The translations under genes and the position numbers were made by a program. From Minisyncoccota bacterium (GTDB lineage Bacteria; Patescibacteriota; Minisyncoccia; Phycocordibacterales; DASSSU01), in contig DASSSU010000029.1 of assembly GCA_035708305.1 (NCBI GenBank), positions 576 to 64,575 of the forward strand: DNA of 64,000 nucleotides, written 5' to 3'. This document shows, piece by piece, positions 43,187 through 53,838 of this stretch; within the stretch, counting starts at the first letter, position 1; every line of letters starts with the position of its first letter. The notes under the pieces were generated by a model, which ran no database searches, had not been told where the DNA came from, and saw nothing but the letters and a program-made list of their open reading frames with translations.

Positions 43187-45904
43187 ATGTGGCACGAACT
43201 TTCGATCGAAAAAACAGAAGAGAAATTAAAGACCAGCCGTAAAACTGGTCTCACTGCCGGGGAAGCCAAAGCACGACGCGAAAAGTTCGGCGGGAATGTT
43301 CTCGCTAAGCAGGAAAAGAAACCATGGTGGGTTTTTCTGCTGCATCAGTTCAAGAGTCCGCTGGTGTACATCCTTCTTGTGGCAGCGGTTTTGACGGCAT
43401 GGCTCGCCCTTTTTCCACACGCGGATGAACCGGGGATTACCAAATGGGTGGATACGATCGTGATCTTGCTCGCGGTTGCCATGAACGTCTTAGTTGGGTT
43501 TTTTCAGGAATTTCGCTCAAACAGCATCTTGGAAAAACTGAGCGCGGTCATCAAAACAGAAGCGCTTGTCTTGCGTGGCGGAGAAGTGCACGAAATTTCT
43601 GCGGAAGAGCTCGTACCGGGAGATGTTATTTTTCTCAAGGCGGGAAGCAAAGTGCCGGCTGATGCTCGGGTGATCGCGTCAAAGGACTTGCGTGCAGAGG
43701 AAGCGGCGCTCACGGGAGAGTCTGTGGCAGTGAAGAAGGGCACACGGCCGCTCTCGGGCAAGCTTCTGGTGGGTGACCGGACCAACATGGTGCACATGGG
43801 AACGCTCATTGCGGCGGGTGAAGGAAGGGGAATTGTGGTGGAAACAGGGAGCAAAACTGAGATCGGAAAAATCGCCGCACTTACCGGAGAGGCGGAAGAA
43901 GTACTGACGCCGCTTCAAATCCGAATGAAAGAGCTCGGGAAGATCATCTCTATTTTGGTGGGAATTGCGGCAGTTTTGGTGTTTGTGATCGGTTTTCTTT
44001 CGGATCATTCGTTTGAAGAAATGTTTACCACGGCGATTGCGGTGGCAGTGGCGGCAATCCCGGAAGGCTTGCCGGCGGCGGTTTCGATTGCGCTAGCGAT
44101 TTCGGCGCAAAGGATCTTGCAGAAAAAAGGAGTAGTGAAGCAGCTCATGGCGGCGGAAACGCTTGGTTCGGCGACGGTGATCTGTACGGATAAAACTGGA
44201 ACACTGACGGAAGGAGTCATGCAGGTAAAGGAACTTCGAAGCGGTGACCGTCCGCGTGCGCTCAAGGCTCTGGCACTCTCCAATGAAGCGCTCCTGGAAA
44301 ACAAAGATGGAAAGGTGGAGATCCGCGGAGAGGCGACGGACCAGGCGAAAATGCGCGCTTTTCTTGAAAGTGGCGGGGATTTGAAAACACTCCTTGAGGA
44401 CGCCCCACGCGCGGCTTTCTTGCCGTTTGACTCCGAGCGGAACTACATTGCTTCTTTGCATGAGCTTCCGCAAAAAGATGTTTTTGAACTCCATCTTTCC
44501 GGTGCCCCGGAACGAATCCTGAAGCTTTGCCGGACTTTCGCGGATGGGAACACAAAGCACCTGATCGATGAAGTGAAGAGAAAGGAACTTCAGAAAGAAT
44601 ACGAGAATTTTGCCCGGCAGGGATTTCGAGTGATTGCTCTGGCATCCAAGCGCTTTGTGTACGATGCACCGTTTTCCAAGCTTGACTTGGAAGATACGGA
44701 GGCAAGAGACGCGGTGGTTTCGGATTTGGATTTTCTCGGACTGGCGGTTATTCACGATCCGCTGCGGAAGGAAGTGCGGCAATCTATCCGGGAAGCACGG
44801 CGTGCTGGTATTCGCACGATCATGCTGACGGGGGACCACATTCTTACTGCCAAAACCATCGGAGCAGATCTGGGTTTTGACACGCGGGAAGGAGCGATCA
44901 TCTCGGGTACAGAGCTCGATGCCATGAATGACGAGGAGCTTGAAAAGCGCGTGGACGGTATCAGTATTTATGCGCGGGTGAGTCCGGAACACAAAATGCG
45001 GATTGTGGGGGTGCTGCAGGAACGCGGTGAAGTGGTTGCCATGACCGGCGACGGGGTGAACGACGCCCCGGCACTTAAGGCTGCTGATATCGGCGTTTCG
45101 ATGAATGACGGAACGGACATCGCAAAGGAAGCTTCGGATTTGATTCTTTTGAACAACAGTTTCTCGGTCATCGTCGCGGCTATTCATCGCGGCAGGATTG
45201 CATTTGACAACATCCGCAAAGTGACGGTCTTCCTGCTGTCCGGATCATTCACAGAGCTCATTTTGGTGCTCGCTTCGCTGATTTTCCGCCTGCCGCTGCC
45301 GATTACCGCCGTGCAGATTCTCTGGACCAACTTGATTGAGGATTCACTTCCAAACGTGGCACTCGCATTTGAACCGGGAGAAAAGAATGTCATGCGCCGC
45401 CCACCAACGCCTAAAAATGAACCGGTGATTGACCGCGAGGCAAAGTATATTATCTTTATCGTGGGAATTTTTACCGATCTGCTTATTTTGGCACTCTTCC
45501 TTTTCTTAAATTTCTACACGGATCTTTCTTTGCCGTACATTCAAACGTTTATTTTTGCGACGCTCGGCCTGGACACGTTCTTCTACATTTACTCCATCAA
45601 ATCCCTCCGCAACCCGATCTGGTCGTACAACCCTTTTAACAATATTTATCTGGTGGGGGCGACACTGCTCGGAGTGGGTGCCATGGTTTTGGCGATTTAT
45701 CTGCCGCTTTTGAACACGCTTTTGGGGACAGTCCCGCTTGCCGGGTGGAGCTGGCTGGTGGTCGCCGCAAAAGGCTTGATCAACATCACGGGAATTGAAA
45801 TTACCAAGTGGTTTTTCCTGCGGCGGAAGAAAAGAAAGCCGAAACAGGCAAAAACACTGGACAGCGAGCAAAATTTTGCTATAGTTAAAGGCAATGAAAA
45901 TTAA
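43187..45904 (+). CDS. Type II cation-transporting P-type ATPase
   Basis: LTGES, IPEGLP, DKTGTLT and [11 protein letters not shown] motifs. Confidence 0.96.
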   Translation: MWHELSIEKTEEKLKTSRKTGLTAGEAKARREKFGGNVLAKQEKKPWWVFLLHQFKSPLVYILLVAAVLTAWLALFPHADEPGITKWVDTIVILLAVAMNVLVGFFQEFRSNSILEKLSAVIKTEALVLRGGEVHEISAEELVPGDVIFLKAGSKVPADARVIASKDLRAEEAALTGESVAVKKGTRPLSGKLLVGDRTNMVHMGTLIAAGEGRGIVVETGSKTEIGKIAALTGEAEEVLTPLQIRMKELGKIISILVGIAAVLVFVIGFLSDHSFEEMFTTAIAVAVAAIPEGLPAAVSIALAISAQRILQKKGVVKQLMAAETLGSATVICTDKTGTLTEGVMQVKELRSGDRPRALKALALSNEALLENKDGKVEIRGEATDQAKMRAFLESGGDLKTLLEDAPRAAFLPFDSERNYIASLHELPQKDVFELHLSGAPERILKLCRTFADGNTKHLIDEVKRKELQKEYENFARQGFRVIALASKRFVYDAPFSKLDLEDTEARDAVVSDLDFLGLAVIHDPLRKEVRQSIREARRAGIRTIMLTGDHILTAKTIGADLGFDTREGAIISGTELDAMNDEELEKRVDGISIYARVSPEHKMRIVGVLQERGEVVAMTGDGVNDAPALKAADIGVSMNDGTDIAKEASDLILLNNSFSVIVAAIHRGRIAFDNIRKVTVFLLSGSFTELILVLASLIFRLPLPITAVQILWTNLIEDSLPNVALAFEPGEKNVMRRPPTPKNEPVIDREAKYIIFIVGIFTDLLILALFLFLNFYTDLSLPYIQTFIFATLGLDTFFYIYSIKSLRNPIWSYNPFNNIYLVGATLLGVGAMVLAIYLPLLNTLLGTVPLAGWSWLVVAAKGLINITGIEITKWFFLRRKKRKPKQAKTLDSEQNFAIVKGNEN

Positions 45905-46016
45905 ATCATCCATCAAAAAAGCGGATCTGAAGCCTGGAGATCAGTTGGTGAGCCGAAGAGGGCACTTGTACCGCATCAACAAAAAAGATCCAAAGCGAAA
46001 ACTTCGTCAGGGATAG
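45894..46016 (+). CDS. rpmJ: 50S ribosomal protein L36, Cys-free type
   Basis: [40 protein letters not shown], translated by hand; below the ORF-track cutoff. Confidence 0.9.
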   Translation: MKIKSSIKKADLKPGDQLVSRRGHLYRINKKDPKRKLRQG

Positions 46017-46056
46017 TTTCCTGGTATCTCAAGTTCTTTCGTATATCAACCACAAG

Positions 46057-46082
46057 AAAAACCCGTTGAAGCGGGTTTTTCT
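46057..46082. terminator. Bidirectional terminator-like hairpin
   Basis: GAAAACCCG/CGGGTTTTTC. Confidence 0.65.
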
Positions 46083-46139
46083 TGTGGAATTTTAACGAGA
46101 CTACCATCCGGACCAGTCCATATTCTTCCCAAATCTTGA

Positions 46140-46259
46140 AAGGAATTTTGTTTACGAAAAATCCTGTTTTCTTTCAATCTAGCGCTCCAAGGCCGCTCGG
46201 CCGGTCTTACTGTCTTGAAGGAAAACAGGATTTCCCGCTTACGAACAAACTACTTCCAG
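46140..46259. repeat. Hairpin element with CCAAGGCCGCTCGGCCGGTCTT core
   Basis: AAATCCTGTTTTCTTTCAA/TTGAAGGAAAACAGGATTT stem. Confidence 0.7.
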
Positions 46260-46271
46260 TCTCTTGCAAAG

Positions 46272-46341
46272 AAAAAACACCCATTTCTGAGTGCAGTTTT
46301 CGCCTAAGAACGACGAAATGTGCCAGAAATGGGCGTTTTTT
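46272..46341. repeat. Short (empty) relative of element 13000-13117 at the rpmB stop
   Basis: Minus strand reads CATTTCTGGCACATTTC...AACTGCACTCAGAAATG, as in 13010-13107. Confidence 0.85.
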
Positions 46342-46579
46342 AGATGAGGTTGGCTTTTTTGAGCGTTTTGTACGCTCCGTTCTTTTCCAAGGTCTTGAGA
46401 CCACTGGTGGAAAGAGACACCCGCACGCTCTTTTGAAGCTCAGGAACATACACCTTCTTCGTGATCATGTTTGGGCTTCGGCGGACTTTGCCAACCGGGT
46501 TGAACTTTGTGGCACGGGTGCGGTTGGAATACGCGCCTCCGACCTGAGTTCTTTTCTGGGTGATAGGACATTTTTTCAT
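46340..46579 (-). CDS. rpmB: 50S ribosomal protein L28
   Basis: MKKCPITQK...R.PN..KKVYVPEL...LSTSGLKTL.K.G. Confidence 0.92.
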   Translation of the reverse strand: MKKCPITQKRTQVGGAYSNRTRATKFNPVGKVRRSPNMITKKVYVPELQKSVRVSLSTSGLKTLEKNGAYKTLKKANLI

Positions 46580-46640
46580 AATTTCAAATTATACACATTC
46601 TTGCGGAGATTTCAACATACGGTGTATGATATTGGGCATT

Positions 46641-47066
46641 ATGGCAATTATGCATTCTTTAGAGTCTCAACCAAAGGAAAGAATATTTCAGGTAAAGCGG
46701 TCCCGTGCTGGGCTCGGGCTTTTTGCTTCCAAGGCAATCGCCAAAGGAACGTTCATCGTGGAATATGTCGGTGAAATTATTTCTAGCCAAGAAGCCGATC
46801 GACGCGGCGGAAAATATTTATTTCAGCTGAACTCACGAAAGACAGTCGATGGGAAAAACCGTTCCAACGTTGCCCGTTACATCAATCATTCTTGTCGTCC
46901 AAATGCGGAAGTGGAAATCAAACGCGGGCACATCCTTATCTTTGCAAAAAAGAAGATTCGAGAAGGTGAAGAAATTGCATATGACTACGGAAAAGAATAT
47001 TTTCAGGAATATATTGAACCGTATGGATGCCGATGTGAGTTTTGTCTAAAGAAAAGAGATTCTTAG
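46641..47066 (+). CDS. SET-domain protein-lysine methyltransferase
   Basis: GLGLFA, EYVGE, RYINHSC.PN and EI.YDY motifs; post-SET CRC..C. Confidence 0.92.
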   Translation: MAIMHSLESQPKERIFQVKRSRAGLGLFASKAIAKGTFIVEYVGEIISSQEADRRGGKYLFQLNSRKTVDGKNRSNVARYINHSCRPNAEVEIKRGHILIFAKKKIREGEEIAYDYGKEYFQEYIEPYGCRCEFCLKKRDS

Positions 47067-47436
47067 AGACTTATTTCAGATTTTTCTCTTCACAAGAATC
47101 TAAGAACCCTTGGAGTATCGTATATTTGAATTAGCAGGTGGGGAGGGAGGTGAGAAGATGAGAAGATCAGGGATTAAAGAGAAAAAAAGAAGATTTTTTT
47201 TTTCGTTTGTGGTGGTCTCTCCACAAATTATATTTTATGCTGTGTCAATATTTACTAATTTTTAATAAAATGGTAGAAACATACGCACCTTAGTCCCGAG
47301 AAGACAACAAGGGAGGATTCTCTCTATCTTTGAAGATGAGTCACATCTTCGCGCGACAGGGAGGTTGAAACGGCTGAGTGAGACAGTAAAAGCCGGAAAA
47401 ACATGAGGTTTTATGTCGGTTATATTTTGAACCCCA

Positions 47437-49593
47437 ATGGTTTTTTTCGATGAACACAAAAATAGGCTTTGGTACGTGCGTATTATATTCCTTTTGGTCG
47501 GAGGGATTGTTTTTTTCTCGCTGTGGCAATTTGCGCACAGCAACCGCGACCTTACGGGAGTGTGCACGACATGCACCTATTCGGCGTATCTCACCCAGAG
47601 CATTCCTCCCAAGGAGATCGCGATTACGATCGACGACGGACCCGATCAGAACACGATGCAGATCTTGAACACTCTTGATGAGACGCATACGCCGGCAACA
47701 TTTTTTCTTATTGGGCAGTATGTCGCGCGCTATCCAAACCTGGTAAAGGAAATTTCCAAGCGCGGCTACACGATTGGTAATCATACATTTACCCACGCAC
47801 CGGATGTCCAATCTTCCGACAAGCGGATTGCATGGGAGCTCGACAGTACCAACAAACTCATTGAGGCATTGACCGGTCACGCGGCGAGGCTGTACCGTCC
47901 GCCATTTCTTTTGGACATGGACACCACGAACACGGTTCGTCCGATTTTGAGCAACGAGCCGGCATGGCAGTGGGTGCGCGAACATGGGTATATCACTGTT
48001 GGACGAGACATTGAAACGCTGGACTGGCAGGCAACGACACCGGAGCAGGTGGTGCAGGATGTCAACGCAGCGCTGGATCGCAAAGAACAGGATCCACGGG
48101 GATCTACCTATCATGTCATGCTGCTTCACTCCAAGCCTGAAACGGCTGCTGCCATGCCGCAGATTCTCGCCACCCTGAAAGCACGCGGGTATACCGTGGT
48201 GCCCCTTGAGCAGGTGCTCGGCATTTCTCGGGAAGATGCCATGCCTCCTTCGGAACAGTCGGCGAGTCAAAGTGCTTTTATTGCGCACTTTCTTTTTATG
48301 TTCTCCTCACTTTGGGAAATTTTCCTCTTCAGTGTGATCGTCATTGTTCTTTTCACCCTGGTGCGGCCAATCCTATTTTTGGGAATAAAGCGTTTTGTTC
48401 CGGACAAAAAAGAAGAGATTGTTCGCCGAGCGATTGAAGAGCAGGGAGGTTTGCCGAACCTTTCGATTTCAGTGCTCGTCCCCGCATATAATGAAGCGGA
48501 AAATATTCAGGGAACTATCCTTTCTATTTTGAGCAACACGCATCGTCCGGATGAGATCATTGTTCTGGATGACGGCTCAAAAGATAGCACCAACGACCGA
48601 GCGCAAGAGATCGCGGACTTTTATCCGGATATTGTCCGGGTGATCTCGCTTCAAAACGGAGGAAAAGCGAAGGCAATGAATGCTGGAATTGAATACGCTC
48701 GCGGAGACATTATCATCTGTATTGATGGTGATACGGTTCTTGATGAGACCTGCATTGAAAAGATTCTCCCAAGGTTTGCAGACCCGAGAATCGGTGCAGT
48801 GGCAGGAAAAGTCATTCCGGCGCTTCAAAAAAACACTTTTCAAAAAATTCAGTACTTGGAGTATACCGTGATGCAGAACATCGACAAGGAGGCGCTGGCA
48901 CGTCTTGGGGCAGTGAATGTCGTGGCAGGAGCGATCGGAGCGTGGCGGCGGGATGTGCTCGCGGAAGTGGGCGGGTATAGCCAGGATACTTTGGTGGAAG
49001 ATCAGGACATCACCTTGGCTGTTTTGGCGCTTGGCTATAAGGTGGACTATGAGCCGGAAGCTCTGGCGTATACAGAAGTACCGACTACGGTCAAAGATTT
49101 TTTCCTTCAGCGGCTCAGATGGATGTACGGTACGTTTCAGTGCGTATGGAAATATCGCGCATACCTGTTTTCTTTCCGCCGTCCGGTTCTTGGATTTGTG
49201 GTTATGCCGTTTTCATTTTGTACGAACGTTCTCTTTCCATTAATGATTGCCGGCATTAACCTCATGCTGATCGTGAGTGCTATTCTCTATTTGTCGACTC
49301 CTGCTCTCATTTATATTTTCCTCTTCACGCTTTTTGATATGAGTTACGCTTTTCTTGCTTTCGGACAGGAAAAAAATCCAAAGCTGAGATATATTTGGTA
49401 TATTCCGTTTCAACGGATCCTTTTTATTCTTATTTATTCAGTGCTGACGGCTTTGGTGGTAATGAAAATTCTCGACGGTTCGCCGACCAAATGGAACAAG
49501 CTGCTCCGAAGCGGTACCGCGGGACAGTTTTTCTTCGATCGGATCAATCAGTCGGGTGGGGCATCGGCTGTGCCGCTTAATAGCTGGTGGTAA
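47437..49593 (+). CDS. Polysaccharide deacetylase (CE4) / GT2 synthase fusion
   Basis: TIDDGP, GNHTFTH, RPPF and LLH motifs; GT2 DGD, ED and QRLRW motifs; C-terminal TMs. Confidence 0.93.
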   Translation: MVFFDEHKNRLWYVRIIFLLVGGIVFFSLWQFAHSNRDLTGVCTTCTYSAYLTQSIPPKEIAITIDDGPDQNTMQILNTLDETHTPATFFLIGQYVARYPNLVKEISKRGYTIGNHTFTHAPDVQSSDKRIAWELDSTNKLIEALTGHAARLYRPPFLLDMDTTNTVRPILSNEPAWQWVREHGYITVGRDIETLDWQATTPEQVVQDVNAALDRKEQDPRGSTYHVMLLHSKPETAAAMPQILATLKARGYTVVPLEQVLGISREDAMPPSEQSASQSAFIAHFLFMFSSLWEIFLFSVIVIVLFTLVRPILFLGIKRFVPDKKEEIVRRAIEEQGGLPNLSISVLVPAYNEAENIQGTILSILSNTHRPDEIIVLDDGSKDSTNDRAQEIADFYPDIVRVISLQNGGKAKAMNAGIEYARGDIIICIDGDTVLDETCIEKILPRFADPRIGAVAGKVIPALQKNTFQKIQYLEYTVMQNIDKEALARLGAVNVVAGAIGAWRRDVLAEVGGYSQDTLVEDQDITLAVLALGYKVDYEPEALAYTEVPTTVKDFFLQRLRWMYGTFQCVWKYRAYLFSFRRPVLGFVVMPFSFCTNVLFPLMIAGINLMLIVSAILYLSTPALIYIFLFTLFDMSYAFLAFGQEKNPKLRYIWYIPFQRILFILIYSVLTALVVMKILDGSPTKWNKLLRSGTAGQFFFDRINQSGGASAVPLNSWW

Positions 49594-50299
49594 CGATCAT
49601 ACGCCAAGCGCCAGGGGGAACATCATTGGCATCCACGAATCGCCAGTATGTTTGTGCAGAACCGTCTTGAATATGAAGACAATCTCGCACAGCCGGAGAA
49701 ACATCCAAGCCTGCTTTCAGGTCAATCTGGTTTTTGGGAGTTGGATTATTTCCAAAAACATATCCGAAGTCATTTTCTTCGTATGGTCCAACGTCTTCTA
49801 TTTGTGCATAGCAGGTATACTGCCCTTGGCGAATTTCAATCCAGTGGTTTTTCATCAGTGAATGGTCTTTTGGAAAATCTGGAGAATACCATGGAATGAG
49901 TTTGGCATTTGGTCTCTGATCGCCATTGTCGTCCCAATCGTCATAAGGAAGCGCGGCATAGAATGGATTTTCCTTAGGAACGAATCCGCAGGGGAAAGAA
50001 CCACAGCGGTTGTTTGGACTGTCTACGCCGCCGTAATGTTCTGCCCAATGCTCATCCCAAGCGCTCTCGGTGTTGCTGATGTAGTCGTTGTCGGAAGTTG
50101 CACCTTCACCCACCCAGAAGACTGTCGTGGTGGCTTTTTTGTATGGAGCGGGAAAGAGTACACCAAAGGGGCCCGCGGTGGTGTACGGTTCTGAAATCGT
50201 ATGAAGCCAAAATGCTCCAAATCCGACAATAATGATCAAAATAATTGCTCCGAGCACCCACCAGAGTTTTTTCCTGTTCGAGAATTTTTTGAAAAGCAT
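49577..50299 (-). CDS. Membrane-anchored hypothetical protein, possible glycan-active (DPBB-like) domain
   Basis: TM anchor; ENPFY.ALPY, DVGP and GLDVSPA motifs. Confidence 0.55.
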   Translation of the reverse strand: MLFKKFSNRKKLWWVLGAIILIIIVGFGAFWLHTISEPYTTAGPFGVLFPAPYKKATTTVFWVGEGATSDNDYISNTESAWDEHWAEHYGGVDSPNNRCGSFPCGFVPKENPFYAALPYDDWDDNGDQRPNAKLIPWYSPDFPKDHSLMKNHWIEIRQGQYTCYAQIEDVGPYEENDFGYVFGNNPTPKNQIDLKAGLDVSPAVRDCLHIQDGSAQTYWRFVDANDVPPGAWRMIVTTSY

Positions 50300-50387
50300 A
50301 TTTTAGTTTTTTTCAGTATATGCTGATACTGGTAAAAATCAATGAATTTTATGCTTCTCAGAAGAGTATTGACAAAAAAGAAATTTT

Positions 50388-51191
50388 ATGGAAAATGCAA
50401 AGAAATTACTTTTTTCACTTACTTTTATGGAACGGCGCAAGATTCTCACCTACATTTACAATATTTCTTTATTGATCGGCTTGGTTGAGCTGTGTTTTCT
50501 CTATGTCTGGATCGCTACGCCGAACAGTTCCGCTTCCGAGGACACTTTGATTTCTTCTGGCGATGCCACTAGTACCACGGCAACATCTTCGGACCTTTCT
50601 GAACAATTTTCGGCACTTCAAGATTCTCTCGCAAGGCTTCACGGATCTGATGAAGCTTCCTCTTCACTCCTGGTCGCTTCTGCAGGAGATGCTGTGGCGG
50701 AAAACCAAACCGAAGTGAAAAACGCTTCCTATCAGGTTCCGGCTGTCACACCCGTGGAAACTCCCGAGACTTCTCCAAAACCGTCTCTTCAGCAGACTAG
50801 TGTCTCCGAATCTTCGGATGACCCTCTCTATGATGCAGCAAGCAAAACAGCAATTTGGCCGAACGGTCCGCCTCCTGCGCCAGTGAACGGCATGCCGGTT
50901 TTGTATCCTCAGCTGAAGCCTATTTGTTCGTGCGAAAGTTCCTACAGTGGCACTTGGCACGATACGCCACGACAATATGAAAATGGCGTTGTACTCCGAA
51001 ACTACAGCGGAAACGATGATGTGGGCATGTGTCAGATCAACCTCACGCAGTTTGGCGACACGGCGCAAAAGCTTGGCTACGATCTCATGACGCCGGCAGG
51101 AAATATTAACTTTGCGAACTGGCTTTTCCAGCGCGAGGGAAGTGCGCCTTGGTACAAAAGCGAGCATTGCTGGAAGCATGCTTTCGAATAA
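50388..51191 (+). CDS. Membrane-anchored protein with lysozyme/SLT-like C-terminal domain
   Basis: ICSCES, DVGMCQIN, GNI.FA and G..PW motifs. Confidence 0.7.
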   Translation: MENAKKLLFSLTFMERRKILTYIYNISLLIGLVELCFLYVWIATPNSSASEDTLISSGDATSTTATSSDLSEQFSALQDSLARLHGSDEASSSLLVASAGDAVAENQTEVKNASYQVPAVTPVETPETSPKPSLQQTSVSESSDDPLYDAASKTAIWPNGPPPAPVNGMPVLYPQLKPICSCESSYSGTWHDTPRQYENGVVLRNYSGNDDVGMCQINLTQFGDTAQKLGYDLMTPAGNINFANWLFQREGSAPWYKSEHCWKHAFE

Positions 51192-51214
51192 TTTTAGATT
51201 AAAGAGAAACTAAA

Positions 51215-51245
51215 AACAAAAGCACCTCCTTGGGTGCTTTTGTTT
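51215..51245. terminator. Intrinsic terminator
   Basis: AAACAAAAGCACC/GGTGCTTTTGTTT. Confidence 0.75.
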
Positions 51246-51333
51246 CACCGATTATTCACGCGGGTGAACGGTATAATGTCGTAAGTCGGAATATTGAGCA
51301 AGCGTGCGACATTAATATTATTTTTTAAAAAAT

Positions 51334-51777
51334 ATGCCAAACGCTATTACCATGCTGAGCGACGACCATCGAGAGATAGAAGAGCTGTTTGCGCAGTATG
51401 AAACTTCGAAGAATTTTGAAGAAAAGCAGAAAATTGCCGAGACGGTTTTTTTGAAGCTTGAAATCCATGCGAAGTTGGAAGAAGAAATTTTTTATCCAAC
51501 TGTAAAAAATGCCACGGAGCACATGGAAACGGAAGTGCTGGTAGATCAGAGTAAAGATGAGCACGCGGAGGTAAAGAATCTCATTACAAATTTGCGTTCA
51601 CGGACCGTGGAGGAGGAAAGGTATTATATAAAGTTCCAGACTCTCGTTGATGAAGTGATGCATCACGTGGAAGAGGAAGAAGAAAAACTTTTTCCAAAAG
51701 TGCAGGAGGAAATGTCTGATAAGTTAGAAGAAATGGGAGATGCCATGGAAGAACGAAAAAAGACGTTCAGCAGATAG
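51334..51777 (+). CDS. Hemerythrin/HHE domain protein
   Basis: DH, HAKLEEEIFYP, EH and HHVEEEE motifs. Confidence 0.9.
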   Translation: MPNAITMLSDDHREIEELFAQYETSKNFEEKQKIAETVFLKLEIHAKLEEEIFYPTVKNATEHMETEVLVDQSKDEHAEVKNLITNLRSRTVEEERYYIKFQTLVDEVMHHVEEEEEKLFPKVQEEMSDKLEEMGDAMEERKKTFSR

Positions 51778-51802
51778 TATTGTTAATCTAAAAATATTTT
51801 TT

Positions 51803-52063
51803 ATGAGTATCATTCTTTGGATCATTTTTGGAGGGCTTGCGGGCTGGATCGCGTCGCTTATCGTAGGTTCGGATGCGCAGCTTGGGATCATAGGAAACAT
51901 TGTGGTGGGAATCATCGGAGCATTTATCGGCGGCTGGATCGCAGACAAAACCGGTATCAAAGCCGGAGCCGAAGGAGCGGATCGGCCGACAGGAATTTGG
52001 AGTTTTATTTGGGCGGTGATTGGGGCGATCATCCTGTTGCTCATCTTGAACTGGATCTTCTAG
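51803..52063 (+). CDS. GlsB/YeaQ/YmgE stress-response membrane protein
   Basis: WIIFGGLAGWIA, NIVVGIIGAFIGG and AVIGAIILL motifs. Confidence 0.92.
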   Translation: MSIILWIIFGGLAGWIASLIVGSDAQLGIIGNIVVGIIGAFIGGWIADKTGIKAGAEGADRPTGIWSFIWAVIGAIILLLILNWIF

Positions 52064-52109
52064 ATTTAAAAAACCGCTCACCGGCGGTTTTTGTCATGAA
52101 AAATTTATT

Positions 52110-53021
52110 TTAATCAAAAATATCTGGAAGGTAGGAGTCAATGGTTCTCTGATCCATGTCGTAAAAATACTCGTGATTTTGGTGGAGTGTAGTTGCGAGC
52201 TTCACACCCACAAACCGCCAGTGCCACGGTTCAAACTCGTAATATTCATTTCCTTTCGGGTAAGACAAGATAAACCCATAGCGGTACGCGTTGTCCAAAA
52301 GCCATTGATACGCGGGAGACTGGTCAAATCCTTCCAAAGATGCTCCCACCTTGGGTGTGGTGAAATCAACGGTGGTGCCAAGTTGGTGTTCGGAAAATCC
52401 CTGGTCAGCCGAGAATTGATCCGCGGCATTTTTTCCAAAGACCTGAACATAGTGATCTTTCAAACTTGTCTGCTCGCCGAAGGATCGGTACGCGGAGACG
52501 ATTTTCAAAGTAAGGCCGTTGTCCGAGGCGTCGGCAAGAAGGTGCTCGAGATATGGCCATACTTGAGGAAGGATAAATTCCGGACGGCTGCTCTGGAAAG
52601 TGGAAGAGGCATTGATCTGTACGAGTTCTGCGGGGCGGTAATTTTCATTCAGAAAGTACACTCGGGAATATTTTTTCAAAAGTTCCGGGTCAAGTTGGCT
52701 CAGTTTCTTTAGCTGATCCACGGTATTCGTGACGCCGCTCAAAGAAGAAAGAGCGTGCTCAACCTGGTTTTGAAGATTTGAAGTTTCCTGTGATTTTTGG
52801 GCGAGTTCTGCGGAAAGGGAGGCGTTTTTCTTCTGCACTATGGAGAGCGTGTTTTGAGTTTCCGAGAGGGAGGTATTTGTGTCAGCCAGACGCTCTCGGA
52901 GAAGAACGTAACGATTTCCAAAATACGTGAGAAAACCGAAAAGAAAAATTGAAAAAAGAAGAAGAAATGAGAGCAAAAAGTTTTTTGGTGAGAAAAGCGG
53001 CAGATGAGATTTGTGGTCCAT
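52110..53021 (-). CDS. M15 D-Ala-D-Ala carboxypeptidase (VanY-like) with TM and coiled coil
   Basis: SAYRS, SEHQLG..VD and EPWHWRFVG motifs. Confidence 0.92.
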   Translation of the reverse strand: MDHKSHLPLFSPKNFLLSFLLLFSIFLFGFLTYFGNRYVLLRERLADTNTSLSETQNTLSIVQKKNASLSAELAQKSQETSNLQNQVEHALSSLSGVTNTVDQLKKLSQLDPELLKKYSRVYFLNENYRPAELVQINASSTFQSSRPEFILPQVWPYLEHLLADASDNGLTLKIVSAYRSFGEQTSLKDHYVQVFGKNAADQFSADQGFSEHQLGTTVDFTTPKVGASLEGFDQSPAYQWLLDNAYRYGFILSYPKGNEYYEFEPWHWRFVGVKLATTLHQNHEYFYDMDQRTIDSYLPDIFD

Positions 53022-53058
53022 GGATTTACTCTACCATGGAGAAAACTTTTGTACCAAA

Positions 53059-53838
53059 TCATTGCGTATTTTTACGGCGCTGGATGCCGGGGAAGTGCTC
53101 AAGTGCAAATGTGTTGATCGAAGGAGAAACAGCCAAAAGCTCTGGATGGTTGCCTTTTACGAGCGCATACGGAATTGGCAATCGGCGGATTTCGCGGACC
53201 AGATCGTGAATGGTTTCTCGGGAAGCTTCGTAAAAGCACATTTCTCTTTCTCCGCTGATCCAATCTTGCATTTCCGGCTCCAGGCGGTTTTGGTTCCCAT
53301 TTGCAGCATGGAGAACTTTACGGATGATCTCGGTGTTCGCCTGGAGTGTGGCAGCGGCACACACTTCATTTTGTTTCCGGTAAAAATTTTTTTCCGCAAC
53401 AAAATGCATTTTCTTTTTCTTCCGCAAGCGTCCGAAGTCAATGCCTGGGATCCAGCCGATGATAAGTCCGATCACCTGCAGCTTTGGAAGAGGAAGTGGC
53501 TTTTCTTCGATCCATCCGCGAAGAAGCTTGGTTGCCAGTTCTGCTTCTTTGGGGTGTGCGAGAAAAAAATAATAAAAGTTTTGTGCTCTCTTCTGTGCAT
53601 CAGAAAAATCATTGGGAATGAAAAAACGCTCTCCGGAAGAAAAAGGAGAGCTGTGGTAAATGTCATTTGATTCCGGAAAAGTATGGACCAAGGTTTTCAG
53701 CCAAGATCCAAAATCCGGATTTTTCACGGAAAAAGCAATGAGTGAGCGGACTATTGTTTCTGGATCCGAAAAGCGAACTTCTGAGGAGAGGAGGGGATAT
53801 TTTTTTTCTTCAGATACGTTATAAATATTTAAATACAT
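53059..53838 (-). CDS. Hypothetical protein
   Basis: 259-aa ORF filling the gap, co-directional with the VanY-like gene. Confidence 0.6.
   Translation of the reverse strand: MYLNIYNVSEEKKYPLLSSEVRFSDPETIVRSLIAFSVKNPDFGSWLKTLVHTFPESNDIYHSSPFSSGERFFIPNDFSDAQKRAQNFYYFFLAHPKEAELATKLLRGWIEEKPLPLPKLQVIGLIIGWIPGIDFGRLRKKKKMHFVAEKNFYRKQNEVCAAATLQANTEIIRKVLHAANGNQNRLEPEMQDWISGEREMCFYEASRETIHDLVREIRRLPIPYALVKGNHPELLAVSPSINTFALEHFPGIQRRKNTQ

Noticed and set aside
51223-51231. CACCTCCTT anti-SD-like sequence
   Set aside because: It lies in a terminator stem-loop and is most likely coincidental.
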